From: Clostridiales bacterium
GTDB taxonomy: Bacteria > Bacillota > Clostridia > Peptostreptococcales > NVVX01
Direction: 5' to 3'
Length of the DNA stretch: 64,000 nucleotides
Assembly (NCBI GenBank): GCA_021129775.1
Contig: JAJOKP010000012.1
Span: forward strand, 280-64,279
Positions 1 to 9,125 of the stretch are shown here, one piece after another. The notes below the pieces were generated by a model that did no database searches, was not told where the DNA came from, and was given only the letters and a program-made list of their open reading frames with translations. The position numbers were made by a program, and so were the translations under genes. Position 1 is the first letter of the stretch. Each line of letters begins with the position of its first letter.

Positions 1-1212
1 TAATCCTATGCCTCCACCCTCGCCACTTCCAACTATCCACTGTAAGTTGTACAAGAACGAGTTAGGATTTACAATTCCTATGTTAAAGTAATATTCTACT
101 AATGGACCTGAAATTATCATAAGAATAGGGATTGCTAGCTGGACTATCATATTTGAAGCTGAAAAATAACGTCCTAACATATCTCTTCTAACTTTAGTTT
201 GGACAAAAGAAGTGTTAGAAACACTTGCTATAACTGCAAAGAAAAACATCGTAAAAGCTCCAATAGATATTATTATGACGTTCTGCCCTGTCCCCATTAA
301 AAATACTCCTAATCCAAGTAAGAAAATAGAAACAAGCATTACGTGCATTTTTTTAAAATCTGCTTTTACACTTGCCATATACATACCTGCCAAAATTCCA
401 CCAACTGCGGCGACTGCTAAGACAATCGCTAATGCTACTTCATTGTTTTGTGTTCTCGCGAGTACTAAAGGGTTCATCAAAGTTGCTGCAACAGCAGTAA
501 TAGAATTTACTATAAGAAACATTATTAAAATTGCAAAAAGTGAATTGTTTTTAATTATATATACAAAACCTTTTTTCATGTCGTCAAACATTCCTAATTT
601 ATCAGTAATCGCTTTTTTCTTAACGTCCTCAGGTATTCTAGTTGCAATAAGAAGTATTATTGCGAAAATAAATGTTACAACGTCAATCCAAAGTATAGTA
701 GAAAAATCAAAAATTCTAATTACAACTGCTCCTAAAAGAGGCGCTGCTATTCTTGATGCCATTTTAGAAATTGCCATTAACCCGCCAACACGTGGTAAAT
801 GTTCTTTCGGAACAATAATAGGTATTGCTGCCATAAATGCAGGCATTTGAAATGCGCCTACTGCTCCAGTTACAGTAGCATATACGTATAAATGCCATAA
901 ATCTAATATCCCTAAATGAATAAGAATTAGCAAACCAATTGATGCTACTCCTGATATTACGTCAGATACTGCCATAACAAACTTCTTATTATTGTTATCT
1001 ACTAGTACCCCTGCAAAAGGACTTACTAATACTACTGCAGCAGCTACGAAAAAAGCAAAATTGGTAACAGGAATTGCGCTATCGTATTCTCCCCAAATCC
1101 AAATCATAATCGCAAAAGCCGTCATTCTTGTTCCTACTAGCGATACTGTCTGTCCTACCCACAACTTCATATACTCTTTTATTTCTGCAAAACTGTTAAC
1201 AATATTCTTCAT
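1..1212 (-). CDS. MFS transporter, partial (C-terminus lies beyond the window start)
   Basis: The minus frame is open from ATG 1212-1210 to position 1. It is absent from the ORF track because there is no stop in the window. My translation: MKNIVNSFAEIKEYMKLWVGQTVSLVGTRMTAFAIMIWIW...PFAGVLVDNNNKKFVMAVSD...; many hydrophobic helices; RBS GGAGAGG lies 10 nt upstream. Confidence 0.7.
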   Translation of the reverse strand, partial: MKNIVNSFAEIKEYMKLWVGQTVSLVGTRMTAFAIMIWIWGEYDSAIPVTNFAFFVAAAVVLVSPFAGVLVDNNNKKFVMAVSDVISGVASIGLLILIHLGILDLWHLYVYATVTGAVGAFQMPAFMAAIPIIVPKEHLPRVGGLMAISKMASRIAAPLLGAVVIRIFDFSTILWIDVVTFIFAIILLIATRIPEDVKKKAITDKLGMFDDMKKGFVYIIKNNSLFAILIMFLIVNSITAVAATLMNPLVLARTQNNEVALAIVLAVAAVGGILAGMYMASVKADFKKMHVMLVSIFLLGLGVFLMGTGQNVIIISIGAFTMFFFAVIASVSNTSFVQTKVRRDMLGRYFSASNMIVQLAIPILMIISGPLVEYYFNIGIVNPNSFLYNLQWIVGSGEGGGIGL

Positions 1213-1268
1213 TTTTTAAAAACCTCTCCCCTTTTTTTAATCAAAAAAGTATTTTTAAAACTCCCTGT

Positions 1269-1808
1269 CTATTTTCCATTTAAAATATGCCTGTTTATTT
1301 TTAAGTAGTCCATTCCAGAAATAATGGTAACTATTACAGCTATCCCCAACACGATGTCGTCTAGAGGCACCCCAATTAAACTAAAGGGGAAATTACCTAA
1401 AAGTATTATAATAATTGCGGTGACTTGTGTAAAGGTTTTAACTTTCCCCCACCAACTTGCAGCTATAACTAATCCTTCTGCGGCTGCTACTGCTCTTAAT
1501 ATACTGATGGTTAATTCTCTCCCTATTATAATAAATGCAACCCACGCTGATATTTCTCCCATTTCTACTAGCGAAATTAAAGCTGCTGAAATTAATAATT
1601 TATCAGCAAGGGGATCCATGAATTTACCAAAATTTGTTATCATCTTGTTCTTTCTCGCAATGTACCCATCTAATGAATCTGTCAAGGCGGCTATGATAAA
1701 TATAAAAGCTGCTATTTCACCTCCATACGGAATTCTACTTAATAAAGTTACCATAAAAAGTGGAATCAATAAAATTCTTGCTATTGTAATCTTATTTGGC
1801 AAATTCAT
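1269..1808 (-). CDS. pgsA: CDP-diacylglycerol--glycerol-3-phosphate 3-phosphatidyltransferase
   Basis: 179 aa; CDP-alcohol phosphatidyltransferase motif DSLDGYIARK..GKFMDPLADK; overlaps the end of rimO. Confidence 0.9.
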   Translation of the reverse strand: MNLPNKITIARILLIPLFMVTLLSRIPYGGEIAAFIFIIAALTDSLDGYIARKNKMITNFGKFMDPLADKLLISAALISLVEMGEISAWVAFIIIGRELTISILRAVAAAEGLVIAASWWGKVKTFTQVTAIIIILLGNFPFSLIGVPLDDIVLGIAVIVTIISGMDYLKINRHILNGK

Positions 1809-3150
1809 TTGTCACATCTCCCATCAAATCATATTCTATTGCGTTATTAATTCTGACATTTACAATATCTCCAATTTCTCTGGATAACTTAGAATAGAAA
1901 TATACGACCCCGTCTATCTCTGGAGCATCAGCATAAGTTCTACCCACATACTCATTGTCCTCTAGTATCTCTTCTATTATAACTTCATATGTTTGCCCTA
2001 TCTTATTTCTATTGTGCATTAAAGAAATTGATTGCTGAATTTCCATTATTTTTTTTCTTCTATCTTCTTTAATTTTGCTTTCTATTTGGTCAGCAAAAGT
2101 TTCAGCTAAAGTCCCTTCTTCTTTTGAATAAGAAAATACTCCCAATCGATCAAATTTATTTTCTTCAACAAATGTCTCTAAATCTTCAAAATGTTCTTGT
2201 TTTTCACCAGGAAACCCTACAATTAATGTAGTTCTAATTGTAATATTAGGTATGTTCGCTCTTAATCTACCAATTACGCTAATCAGCATTTCTTTTGTAG
2301 ATCGTCTATTCATTTTAGCTAATATTTCGTTACTAGAATGTTGTATTGGCATGTCGATATAATTACATGCTCGCTCGCAACTAGCTATAGTATCTATTAA
2401 TTCATTTGTTATCATTTCAGGATAAGCGTACAGAATTCTTATCCACTTTATTCCTTCTACATCATTAAGTTGGCTAAGCAGTTCAGGTAACATTAACTTA
2501 TTATAAATGTCTATACCGTATCTAGTTGTATCTTGTGCAACTAGAATGATTTCCTTCACTCCTCTTTTAGTCAAATCGATTGCCTCGTTAACAATATTCT
2601 CTATTTTTCTGCTTCTGTATTTTCCTCTTAGAGTAGGAATTATACAATACGAACAAATATTATCACAACCATCGGAAATTTTCAAATACGCCGTATGATT
2701 GGGTGTAAGCATTTTTCTGGGTAATGCTTCTGGGATATTATTACTAATTTCTCCTGCTCTGATTATTACGCATCTTCCATTTTCTTCGTTAGTAGCATCT
2801 ATTCCCTTAGTAATAACATCTACTATTTCACTAACATTACCTGTGCCAACAATTACATCAATTTCTGGTAATTCATCTGTCAAGACAGATTGATATCGTT
2901 CTGCAAGGCAACCTGCTACAACTAGTAGTTTTAACTTGTTATTCTTTAAATAGCCAAGTTCTATTATTTTGTTGATTGATTCCTCCTTTGCATCGTTTAT
3001 AAAACCACAAGTGTTAATTATTACAATTTCGGCTTCGCTTGGATTATCTGATATTATATATCCATCTTCTTTCATTAATCCTAGCATAGTCTCCGAGTCA
3101 ATTAAATTCTTAGGACATCCGAGAGGTTCTAAGTACACCTTTAATTTCAT
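1792..3150 (-). CDS. rimO: ribosomal protein S12 methylthiotransferase RimO
   Basis: 452 aa; N-terminal LEPLGCPKN, radical-SAM CDNICSYC, C-terminal TRAM-like region; rimO-pgsA synteny. Confidence 0.85.
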   Translation of the reverse strand: MKLKVYLEPLGCPKNLIDSETMLGLMKEDGYIISDNPSEAEIVIINTCGFINDAKEESINKIIELGYLKNNKLKLLVVAGCLAERYQSVLTDELPEIDVIVGTGNVSEIVDVITKGIDATNEENGRCVIIRAGEISNNIPEALPRKMLTPNHTAYLKISDGCDNICSYCIIPTLRGKYRSRKIENIVNEAIDLTKRGVKEIILVAQDTTRYGIDIYNKLMLPELLSQLNDVEGIKWIRILYAYPEMITNELIDTIASCERACNYIDMPIQHSSNEILAKMNRRSTKEMLISVIGRLRANIPNITIRTTLIVGFPGEKQEHFEDLETFVEENKFDRLGVFSYSKEEGTLAETFADQIESKIKEDRRKKIMEIQQSISLMHNRNKIGQTYEVIIEEILEDNEYVGRTYADAPEIDGVVYFYSKLSREIGDIVNVRINNAIEYDLMGDVTNEFAK

Positions 3151-5468
3151 TAGTCCGTTGCTCCTTCACAGCTAGTGCTAGTCGTTTTCATTTTATCTTC
3201 TTGTGTTATTAAAACTCGTCTAGGCTTGCTTCCTTCATGTGGACCTACTATCCCCTTTTCTTCGAGGTCATCAATTATTCTTGCCGCCCTAGTATATCCG
3301 ATTCTTAGTTTTCTTTGTAGCATTGATATTGAAGCTTGTTGATGGTCTACTACTAGGTCTAGTGCAGCATAAAATAGATCGTCAGTTACTTCTTCATTTA
3401 TAGAATCTTTTTGTTCTATACGGGTAATGATTTCTTTTTCGTAAACAGGATTATCTACTTGGTTTTTAATGAAAGATAGTACAGCCTCGATTTCTTTCTC
3501 AGAGACATACGCACCTTGGATTCTAAGTGGTTTGCTTGCTCCTGAAGGATAAAATAACATGTCCCCTTTACCTAATAACTTCTCAGCACCACCCATATCA
3601 AGTATTGTTCTTGAGTCGGTAACCGAAGTTACAGAAAAAGCTATTCTCGATGGAATATTTGCTTTTATAGTCCCAGTGATAACGTCAACAGAAGGTCGTT
3701 GAGTAGCAATAATCATATGAATCCCTGATGCCCTTGCCATTTGAGCTAGGCGGCAAATGCTGTCTTCGACATCATTTGCTGATGCCATCATTAAATCAGC
3801 CAATTCGTCAACAATAATGACTATAAAAGGTAAGTTTTCTTCGGTTTCTTTTAAGTTATATGAGTTAATATCTTTTGTTCTGGTTTCAGCAAACAAATTA
3901 TATCTTCTAGTCATTTCTTGAACTGCCCAATTGAGTGCTCCAGCAGCTTTTTTTGTATCAGTTACAATGGGAATCAATAAATGTGGTATTCCATTATATT
4001 GATTTAGTTCTACTACTTTTGGGTCGATTAAAATCAATTTAACCATATCTGGGTTAGACTTAAATAGAATACTTAATATAATTGCATTAATACATATGCT
4101 TTTTCCTGAACCTGTGGCACCTGCTACTAACAGGTGAGGCATTTGACTAATGTCTGCAATTACAGGATTGCCGGAGATATCTTTACCTAAAGCATATGGA
4201 ACATTAAAAGTAGTTGATTTATAATTCTTAGAATCTATTACTTCTCTTAAACTAACTATTGAAGTATCCGCGTTTGGAATCTCTATACCAATAGCAGCCT
4301 TTCCTGGTATTGGCGCTTCTATTCTTATTGATGGAGCAGCTAAATTAAGTGCAATATCATCGCTTAGATTAACTATTTTACTTACTTTTACACCAGCAAA
4401 AGGCTGAAGTTCATATCTAGTAATTACAGGACCTTTGCTAACTTGAACTACTTTTGCCTTTACTCCAAAATTTTCTAGAGTTTCTTCTAGTTTTTTTGCT
4501 TGTTTTATAATATTCCTTTTGTCAGACGTGTTAGACTGTGATTCTTCTTCCGCTAGTAACTCTATACTTGGAATAATATATTCAACTTTTCTATCTTTAA
4601 CTAAGCTTCCCATCTCTATTTGAACTATCTCTTCATCTTTGATATTAGGCTGAGATGCGAGCAGTTTTTTTATCTTTTCATGTTTGTTATCAGAATCATT
4701 GTTAGTCGACTCATCATTAAATTCAAGAATTTTTATTTCCTGTGTTTTCTCTGTTGGATCGAATAAATTTTTATACTTTATTCCTTTTGTTAAAGTTTTT
4801 CTAATCTCATTAGTCTTAGAGTTCTTGTTTCTTTCATTTTTAGTATTTGGTACAAAGATAAAGTTTACAGTAATAGATTTAATATATAAAAAACTCTTTA
4901 TAGAAATACTTTTTATGTATACTAAAATTGAAAGTAAAGATATTTTAGTATATATCAAAATAGAGATGATAAATACACTAATTAGTAGTATGTAAGTGCC
5001 TGATATACCAATTAATTGCACAAGTAGATATGTTATTAAATTCCCAAAAACACCGCCGCCAACTCCATCTAATCCGAGCAAATAATAAGCTTCAATACTT
5101 TTATTAAATGGCAGAGCAAAAACATCTTCTAATAAGTCTATGTCTCTAAGAGAAAATAACACAAACAAACAAAAATACTGTAAAGAAAAAAATGCTATAT
5201 TATTGCGACCATCCCAAATACGTGAGCTCGTAAACATTAGTATCCCGCATAAAATCACAATATACGGTAAGGTAAGAGAGGCAGTGGAAAATAAACCCAG
5301 CAACAGACTTCTTGTCATTTCCCCAACTTTTCCAGCACCATAACCTTGAATGCTAATTAACAGCATTATACCTAATGCTATAATAGATATCCCCTTGACT
5401 TCGTTACTAAATTGAAATTGTTTTAATTGTTTTGTTGGATTTTTTTTACTTTTTCTTTGTCTTAGCAT
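3150..5468 (-). CDS. ftsK: DNA translocase FtsK/SpoIIIE
   Basis: 772 aa; N-terminal TM helices, Walker A GATGSGKS, Walker B IVIIVDELADL, C-terminal gamma domain QRKLRIGYTRAARIID. Confidence 0.92.
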   Translation of the reverse strand: MLRQRKSKKNPTKQLKQFQFSNEVKGISIIALGIMLLISIQGYGAGKVGEMTRSLLLGLFSTASLTLPYIVILCGILMFTSSRIWDGRNNIAFFSLQYFCLFVLFSLRDIDLLEDVFALPFNKSIEAYYLLGLDGVGGGVFGNLITYLLVQLIGISGTYILLISVFIISILIYTKISLLSILVYIKSISIKSFLYIKSITVNFIFVPNTKNERNKNSKTNEIRKTLTKGIKYKNLFDPTEKTQEIKILEFNDESTNNDSDNKHEKIKKLLASQPNIKDEEIVQIEMGSLVKDRKVEYIIPSIELLAEEESQSNTSDKRNIIKQAKKLEETLENFGVKAKVVQVSKGPVITRYELQPFAGVKVSKIVNLSDDIALNLAAPSIRIEAPIPGKAAIGIEIPNADTSIVSLREVIDSKNYKSTTFNVPYALGKDISGNPVIADISQMPHLLVAGATGSGKSICINAIILSILFKSNPDMVKLILIDPKVVELNQYNGIPHLLIPIVTDTKKAAGALNWAVQEMTRRYNLFAETRTKDINSYNLKETEENLPFIVIIVDELADLMMASANDVEDSICRLAQMARASGIHMIIATQRPSVDVITGTIKANIPSRIAFSVTSVTDSRTILDMGGAEKLLGKGDMLFYPSGASKPLRIQGAYVSEKEIEAVLSFIKNQVDNPVYEKEIITRIEQKDSINEEVTDDLFYAALDLVVDHQQASISMLQRKLRIGYTRAARIIDDLEEKGIVGPHEGSKPRRVLITQEDKMKTTSTSCEGATD

Positions 5469-5521
5469 ACCATCACTCCGATTATGTATAAGTTCTACAA
5501 TATCTTTTAAAATCCTTTAAT

Positions 5522-6286
5522 CTAATATTTTTTTTCTGTCTCATGCAACCTAATTAATTCTTTCAACTTCAATAATGCGCTATTTAACCCACCCACTTCA
5601 TCAATTAAATTGTAATCCACCGCTTCTTTGCTTACTAAAATTGTACCAATATCATTTGCAAACACATCCGTTGAATTCATTAACTCAGTTAATTTTTGTT
5701 TGTCAATATTAGATGCCCTGACAACAAAATCAACAATCCTCTCTTGCATCTTAGCAAAATACTTAAAGGTTTGTGGTACTCCTATTATTAGTCCTGTCAT
5801 TCTTATTGGATGAATTGTCATCGTCCCTGATGGGGCAATAAATGAATAGTCTCCTGCTGTTGCGAGTGGGACTCCTATACTGTGGCTTCCACCAAGTACT
5901 AAAGTTACTTTAGGTTTTGATAAACTCGAAATCAACTCCGAAATCGCAAGGCCTGCCTCAACATCGCCTCCTACGGTATTTAAAATTACTAATAATCCTC
6001 TGATTTTTTTGTCTCTCTCAACACCTACCAACTGAGGAATAATATGTTCGTATTTTGTTGATTTGTTTTGTGGTGGGGATAAAATGTGCCCTTCAATTTG
6101 CCCTATTATTGGCAACACGAAAATAGAATCGTCAATTCTACCTGGTATGTACGGAGTTCCTAATTCATTGATGTTAGTCAAGTTTTGTTTGCTTTCTTTT
6201 TTCTCTTTATCATAGTCTTTTCCTTCTCCATATAATTTTTGTGCAAGTTTCACAGTCGTCACTTTATTATTCAAATCTTTTGTCAT
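5522..6286 (-). CDS. tepA: ClpP-fold translocation-enhancing protein TepA (YmfB-like)
   Basis: Strong resemblance to B. subtilis TepA as I recall it ([47 protein letters not shown]). Start chosen at ATG 6286, after RBS GAGAGGTG. Confidence 0.85.
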   Translation of the reverse strand: MTKDLNNKVTTVKLAQKLYGEGKDYDKEKKESKQNLTNINELGTPYIPGRIDDSIFVLPIIGQIEGHILSPPQNKSTKYEHIIPQLVGVERDKKIRGLLVILNTVGGDVEAGLAISELISSLSKPKVTLVLGGSHSIGVPLATAGDYSFIAPSGTMTIHPIRMTGLIIGVPQTFKYFAKMQERIVDFVVRASNIDKQKLTELMNSTDVFANDIGTILVSKEAVDYNLIDEVGGLNSALLKLKELIRLHETEKKY

Positions 6287-6382
6287 CACTTCACCTCTCG
6301 TATAGTATAGAAGTATTTTTGCCAACTTCTCTTCATATATGCTCTATTTTAAAAATCAATGCTCAACTTGTAATCCTCGACT

Positions 6383-6642
6383 CTAAAAATTTAGATCCCT
6401 TTTTTCATCTTCTAATTCTATAATTATCATATCATTGCCTATTTTTTTGATAGAATCCCAGGGAATCTCAAAAAAAGCTTCCTTTGAAAAAAACTAAAAA
6501 CACTTTTGTTCGCAGGCATTAAAAGAGCCTTAATTTTACCTGTTTTTTCGTCTATCAAAATATCCGAGTCGCCAATAATCCCCAAACGACTTCCATCACT
6601 CAAATTAACAATTTCTTTCCCACTAATTGTGCTAAATCTCAC
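6383..6642 (-). pseudogene. ylmC: YlmC/YmxH family (PRC-barrel) sporulation protein, frameshifted in a homopolymer
   Basis: The N-terminus MRFSTISGKEIVNLSDGSRLGIIGDSDILIDEKTGKIKALLMP is typical of the family. The expected C-terminus EAFFEIPWDSIKKIGNDMIIIEL is read in the -1 frame, after a T7 run (plus-strand A-run 6487-6493). Confidence 0.7.
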
Positions 6643-6713
6643 TTAGTCCACCCCCATACAAAGTCATTTAGCTATATAAATTGGCTCTTTCATAGCTCGC
6701 TATACTTTCTTAA

Positions 6714-7943
6714 TTATTCTGTATTACTCACTATTACCGAAGCAAAATTATTTAGATTTATCACTTTATTTATTATTTCATTAACACTTTCGATATCAAT
6801 GCAATCAATCAAACTAATAATCTCTTTTGGTGTATATATTTTGTTTAGAAGTAACTCAGATTTTCCTATAGAAGACATTCTACTACTAGTGCTCTCCAAA
6901 CCTAGTATATAATTGCCTTTTAGCTGTTCTTTGGTTTGTGTTAGTTCTTCATCTTGTATTCCCTTGTTAACAAGTTCGTTTAACTCACTAAAAATTAGTT
7001 CTTTTACTTGACCCAATTGATTTGCGTTTGTACCAGCATAAATATTCAATGAACCACCGTTCTTATAAATAGACGGATATGAGTAGACGGAATAGGCTAA
7101 TCCTTTTTCTTCTCTAATCTTTTGAAAAAGTTTAGAGCTCATACTACCACCTAAAAGGTTATTAACTACTAATAAAGGGTAAAGCTCTTTTCTGTTAAGT
7201 AGAGAAACACCTTTAAAGCCGAGACAGTAATGTGTTTGTTCAATATCCTTAATTTTACTTGCTCGCTTAAAGTTATAATCAATCGTATTTCTATTTTTAT
7301 AAATACGTCGAGTGCCATTCATCTTACCAAATTTCTCTTTTATCTCTTCAATCAATCTATTTTCTTCAAAATTGCCTGCAACTGAAATTACAATGTTGTC
7401 TGCGATATAATATTTTTTCATATAATCTAGCAAAGATTTTCTATCTAAATCAGAAAGACTCTTTCTCGTCCCTAATATTGAAAGCCCAAGTGAATGATTA
7501 TTATATAATGTTTGAGACAACAGATCATGTACTAAATCTTCTGGAGAATCTTCATACATGCTTATTTCTTCAATTATTACACTTCTTTCTTTTCCTATTT
7601 CAACTTCATCAAATTTCGAATTAAGAAGAATATCTGCTAAAATATCAATCGCTAACTTGTAGTGAGAGTCAAGCACTTTAACATGATAACAAGTACACTC
7701 TTTCCCCGTAAATGCATTTATATGCCCCCCAATGCCGTCAATTGTATTAGCAATATTTTTTGCATTTCTTTTATCTGTTCCTTTAAATAACATATGTTCA
7801 ATAAAATGAGAAGCTCCATTTATTGTTTTGTCTTCGTTTTTCGATCCTACTTCTATCCATACGCCAATTGATATTGAGTTAACATGTGGAATATGTTCTG
7901 TTACTACTCTAATCCCATTTTTTAAATTAAATTTTTTGTACAT
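6714..7943 (-). CDS. M16 family zinc peptidase (YmxG/MlpA-like)
   Basis: Inverted zinc motif HFIEHMLFKG; about 410 aa; synteny pnp-ylxY-mlpA-ymxH as in B. subtilis. The start is uncertain (ATG 7943, TTG 7955 or 7964). Confidence 0.85.
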   Translation of the reverse strand: MYKKFNLKNGIRVVTEHIPHVNSISIGVWIEVGSKNEDKTINGASHFIEHMLFKGTDKRNAKNIANTIDGIGGHINAFTGKECTCYHVKVLDSHYKLAIDILADILLNSKFDEVEIGKERSVIIEEISMYEDSPEDLVHDLLSQTLYNNHSLGLSILGTRKSLSDLDRKSLLDYMKKYYIADNIVISVAGNFEENRLIEEIKEKFGKMNGTRRIYKNRNTIDYNFKRASKIKDIEQTHYCLGFKGVSLLNRKELYPLLVVNNLLGGSMSSKLFQKIREEKGLAYSVYSYPSIYKNGGSLNIYAGTNANQLGQVKELIFSELNELVNKGIQDEELTQTKEQLKGNYILGLESTSSRMSSIGKSELLLNKIYTPKEIISLIDCIDIESVNEIINKVINLNNFASVIVSNTE

Positions 7944-8045
7944 TTGGTTATTCAAAATACACAAATCCTCTCTGTTAAATTTACTAATGTAGTGAAATAA
8001 AAAATGCTAAGCAGAGTATCCGCAGACTTAAAGCCGAGACCCATT

Positions 8046-8096
8046 CGACTCACATCGTTCGCTCAGGGTGACAAACGGGTGAAACACATAACTAAT
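8046..8096. repeat. Intergenic repeat family B, copy 1 (GAGACCCATTCGACTCACATCGTTCGCTCAGGGTGACAAACGGGTGAAAC)
   Basis: Near-identical cores at 34068-34113 and 37981-38033. All three lie in short gaps between co-directional minus-strand genes and have the same orientation. Confidence 0.8.
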
Positions 8097-8114
8097 CTTA
8101 ATATATCAGTAAAA

Positions 8115-8851
8115 TCAATACAACACATCACTGACTCTACCTACCTCTATTTCCATTTCTCTAAGCGAATCTATTAAATAGGCTAGCGCTTTTACTGTTT
8201 CCTTTTTAGGATGCATCAATACTATCGAACCTCTAAGATTTTCTCTTTCTAATACTCGTTTTATAATAACATCCTTCGTGCTACCCTTTTTCCAGTCAAT
8301 TGTGTCAATAGACCACAATATTGTTCTGTACCCTAGCTTTTGTGCTGCTAAAAGTGTATTCTTGTTATATGCGCCTGATGGTGGCGAAAAAAATTTAGGT
8401 TCTAATTTGATATGTTGTGAGATTATTTTTTCAGCCAAAATAATTTGTTCTAAATTCTCTTCAAGAGATAATTTGCTGTAGTTAAGATGTCTATGCCCGT
8501 GGCTTGCAATTTAATGATCCCCTCTTATAATGCTATTTAATAATTCAGGGTATTTTTCACTCCATCTACCAGCAACAAAAAATGTAATTTTTACATTTTT
8601 TTCTTCCAAAATGGAAAGTATTTCAGGAATATTTTCATTTCCCCAGTCTACGTTACATGCAAAAGCAATGTATTTCGAGTCAATCACTCCTCTTTCACTG
8701 GTTTTTCAATACTTCTATTATATACAGTACTGCTATGTCGTATACTACCTGAATGTATTAATGTTCCCACAGTAAACAAAACCATTATTAAAAAAATCGC
8801 AACTAAAAAAATAAATGCTTTTTTGCCGATAATAATTAGCATTATATATCA
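8115..8851 (-). pseudogene. polysaccharide deacetylase family sporulation protein (YlxY/PdaB-like), with a frameshift plus an in-frame TAA
   Basis: Three collinear pieces: a TM leader MIYNANYYRQKAFIFLVAIFLIMVLF.. that stops at 8684-8686; then IDSKYIAFACNVDWGNENIPEILSILEEKNVKITFFVAGRW..RGDH; then TAA at 8511-8513; then IASHGHRHLNYS..WSIDTIDWKK. Confidence 0.75.
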
Positions 8852-8878
8852 TCCCCTTAACGCTTAAGATGGAGCAAA

Positions 8879-9016
8879 CGGGGTCAGGCTTGAGAAGTTG
8901 ACAAACTCGCTTTCGGGGGGTGTCGTGGGGACGTTTCGTTTGACACCTTTTTACAGATTTTTAGATAAGAGGTGTCAAACGAAACGTCCCCACGACACCC
9001 CTTCAAGCCTGACCCC
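8879..9016. repeat. Palindromic element family A, copy 1, with a nested perfect ~31-bp inverted repeat
   Basis: Outer arms are GGGGTCAGGCTTGAGAAG and CTTCAAGCCTGACCCC. Inner arms are GGGGTGTCGTGGGGACGTTTCGTTTGACACC (8916-8946) and GGTGTCAAACGAAACGTCCCCACGACACCCC (8969-8999). The loop is 22 nt. Confidence 0.85.
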
Positions 9017-9125
9017 CTGCATAAGTCGTTTTAATATTATATTCCTAAGCATTAAAGATATGCAATTTTCTTTTAAAAAACATAAACCTTAGTTAGTTAG
9101 TTTATGTTTATAGTTATAGTTATAG

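Noticed and set aside
212-1219. Plus-strand ORFs 212-850 and 992-1219
   Set aside because: They are antisense shadows of the minus-strand MFS gene, which is open from 1212 to the window edge. The products are I/L/S/T/A-rich low-complexity sequences with no RBS.
8046-8096. Family B repeats as tRNA or tmRNA fragments (GAGTCGAATGGG resembles a T-arm)
   Set aside because: No acceptor, D or anticodon arms can be drawn. The T-loop-like match is imperfect and the flanks do not pair.
8804-8831. SigD-like promoter on the plus strand (TAAA, 16 nt, GCCGATAA)
   Set aside because: It points away from any plus-strand gene and lies inside the ylxY-like coding leader. The spacing is off the 15-nt consensus. 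It is probably fortuitous.
8898-9092. 64-aa plus-strand ORF across the 8879-9016 palindrome
   Set aside because: It is translated from the inverted-repeat arms themselves, has no RBS, and lies in an intergenic repeat.
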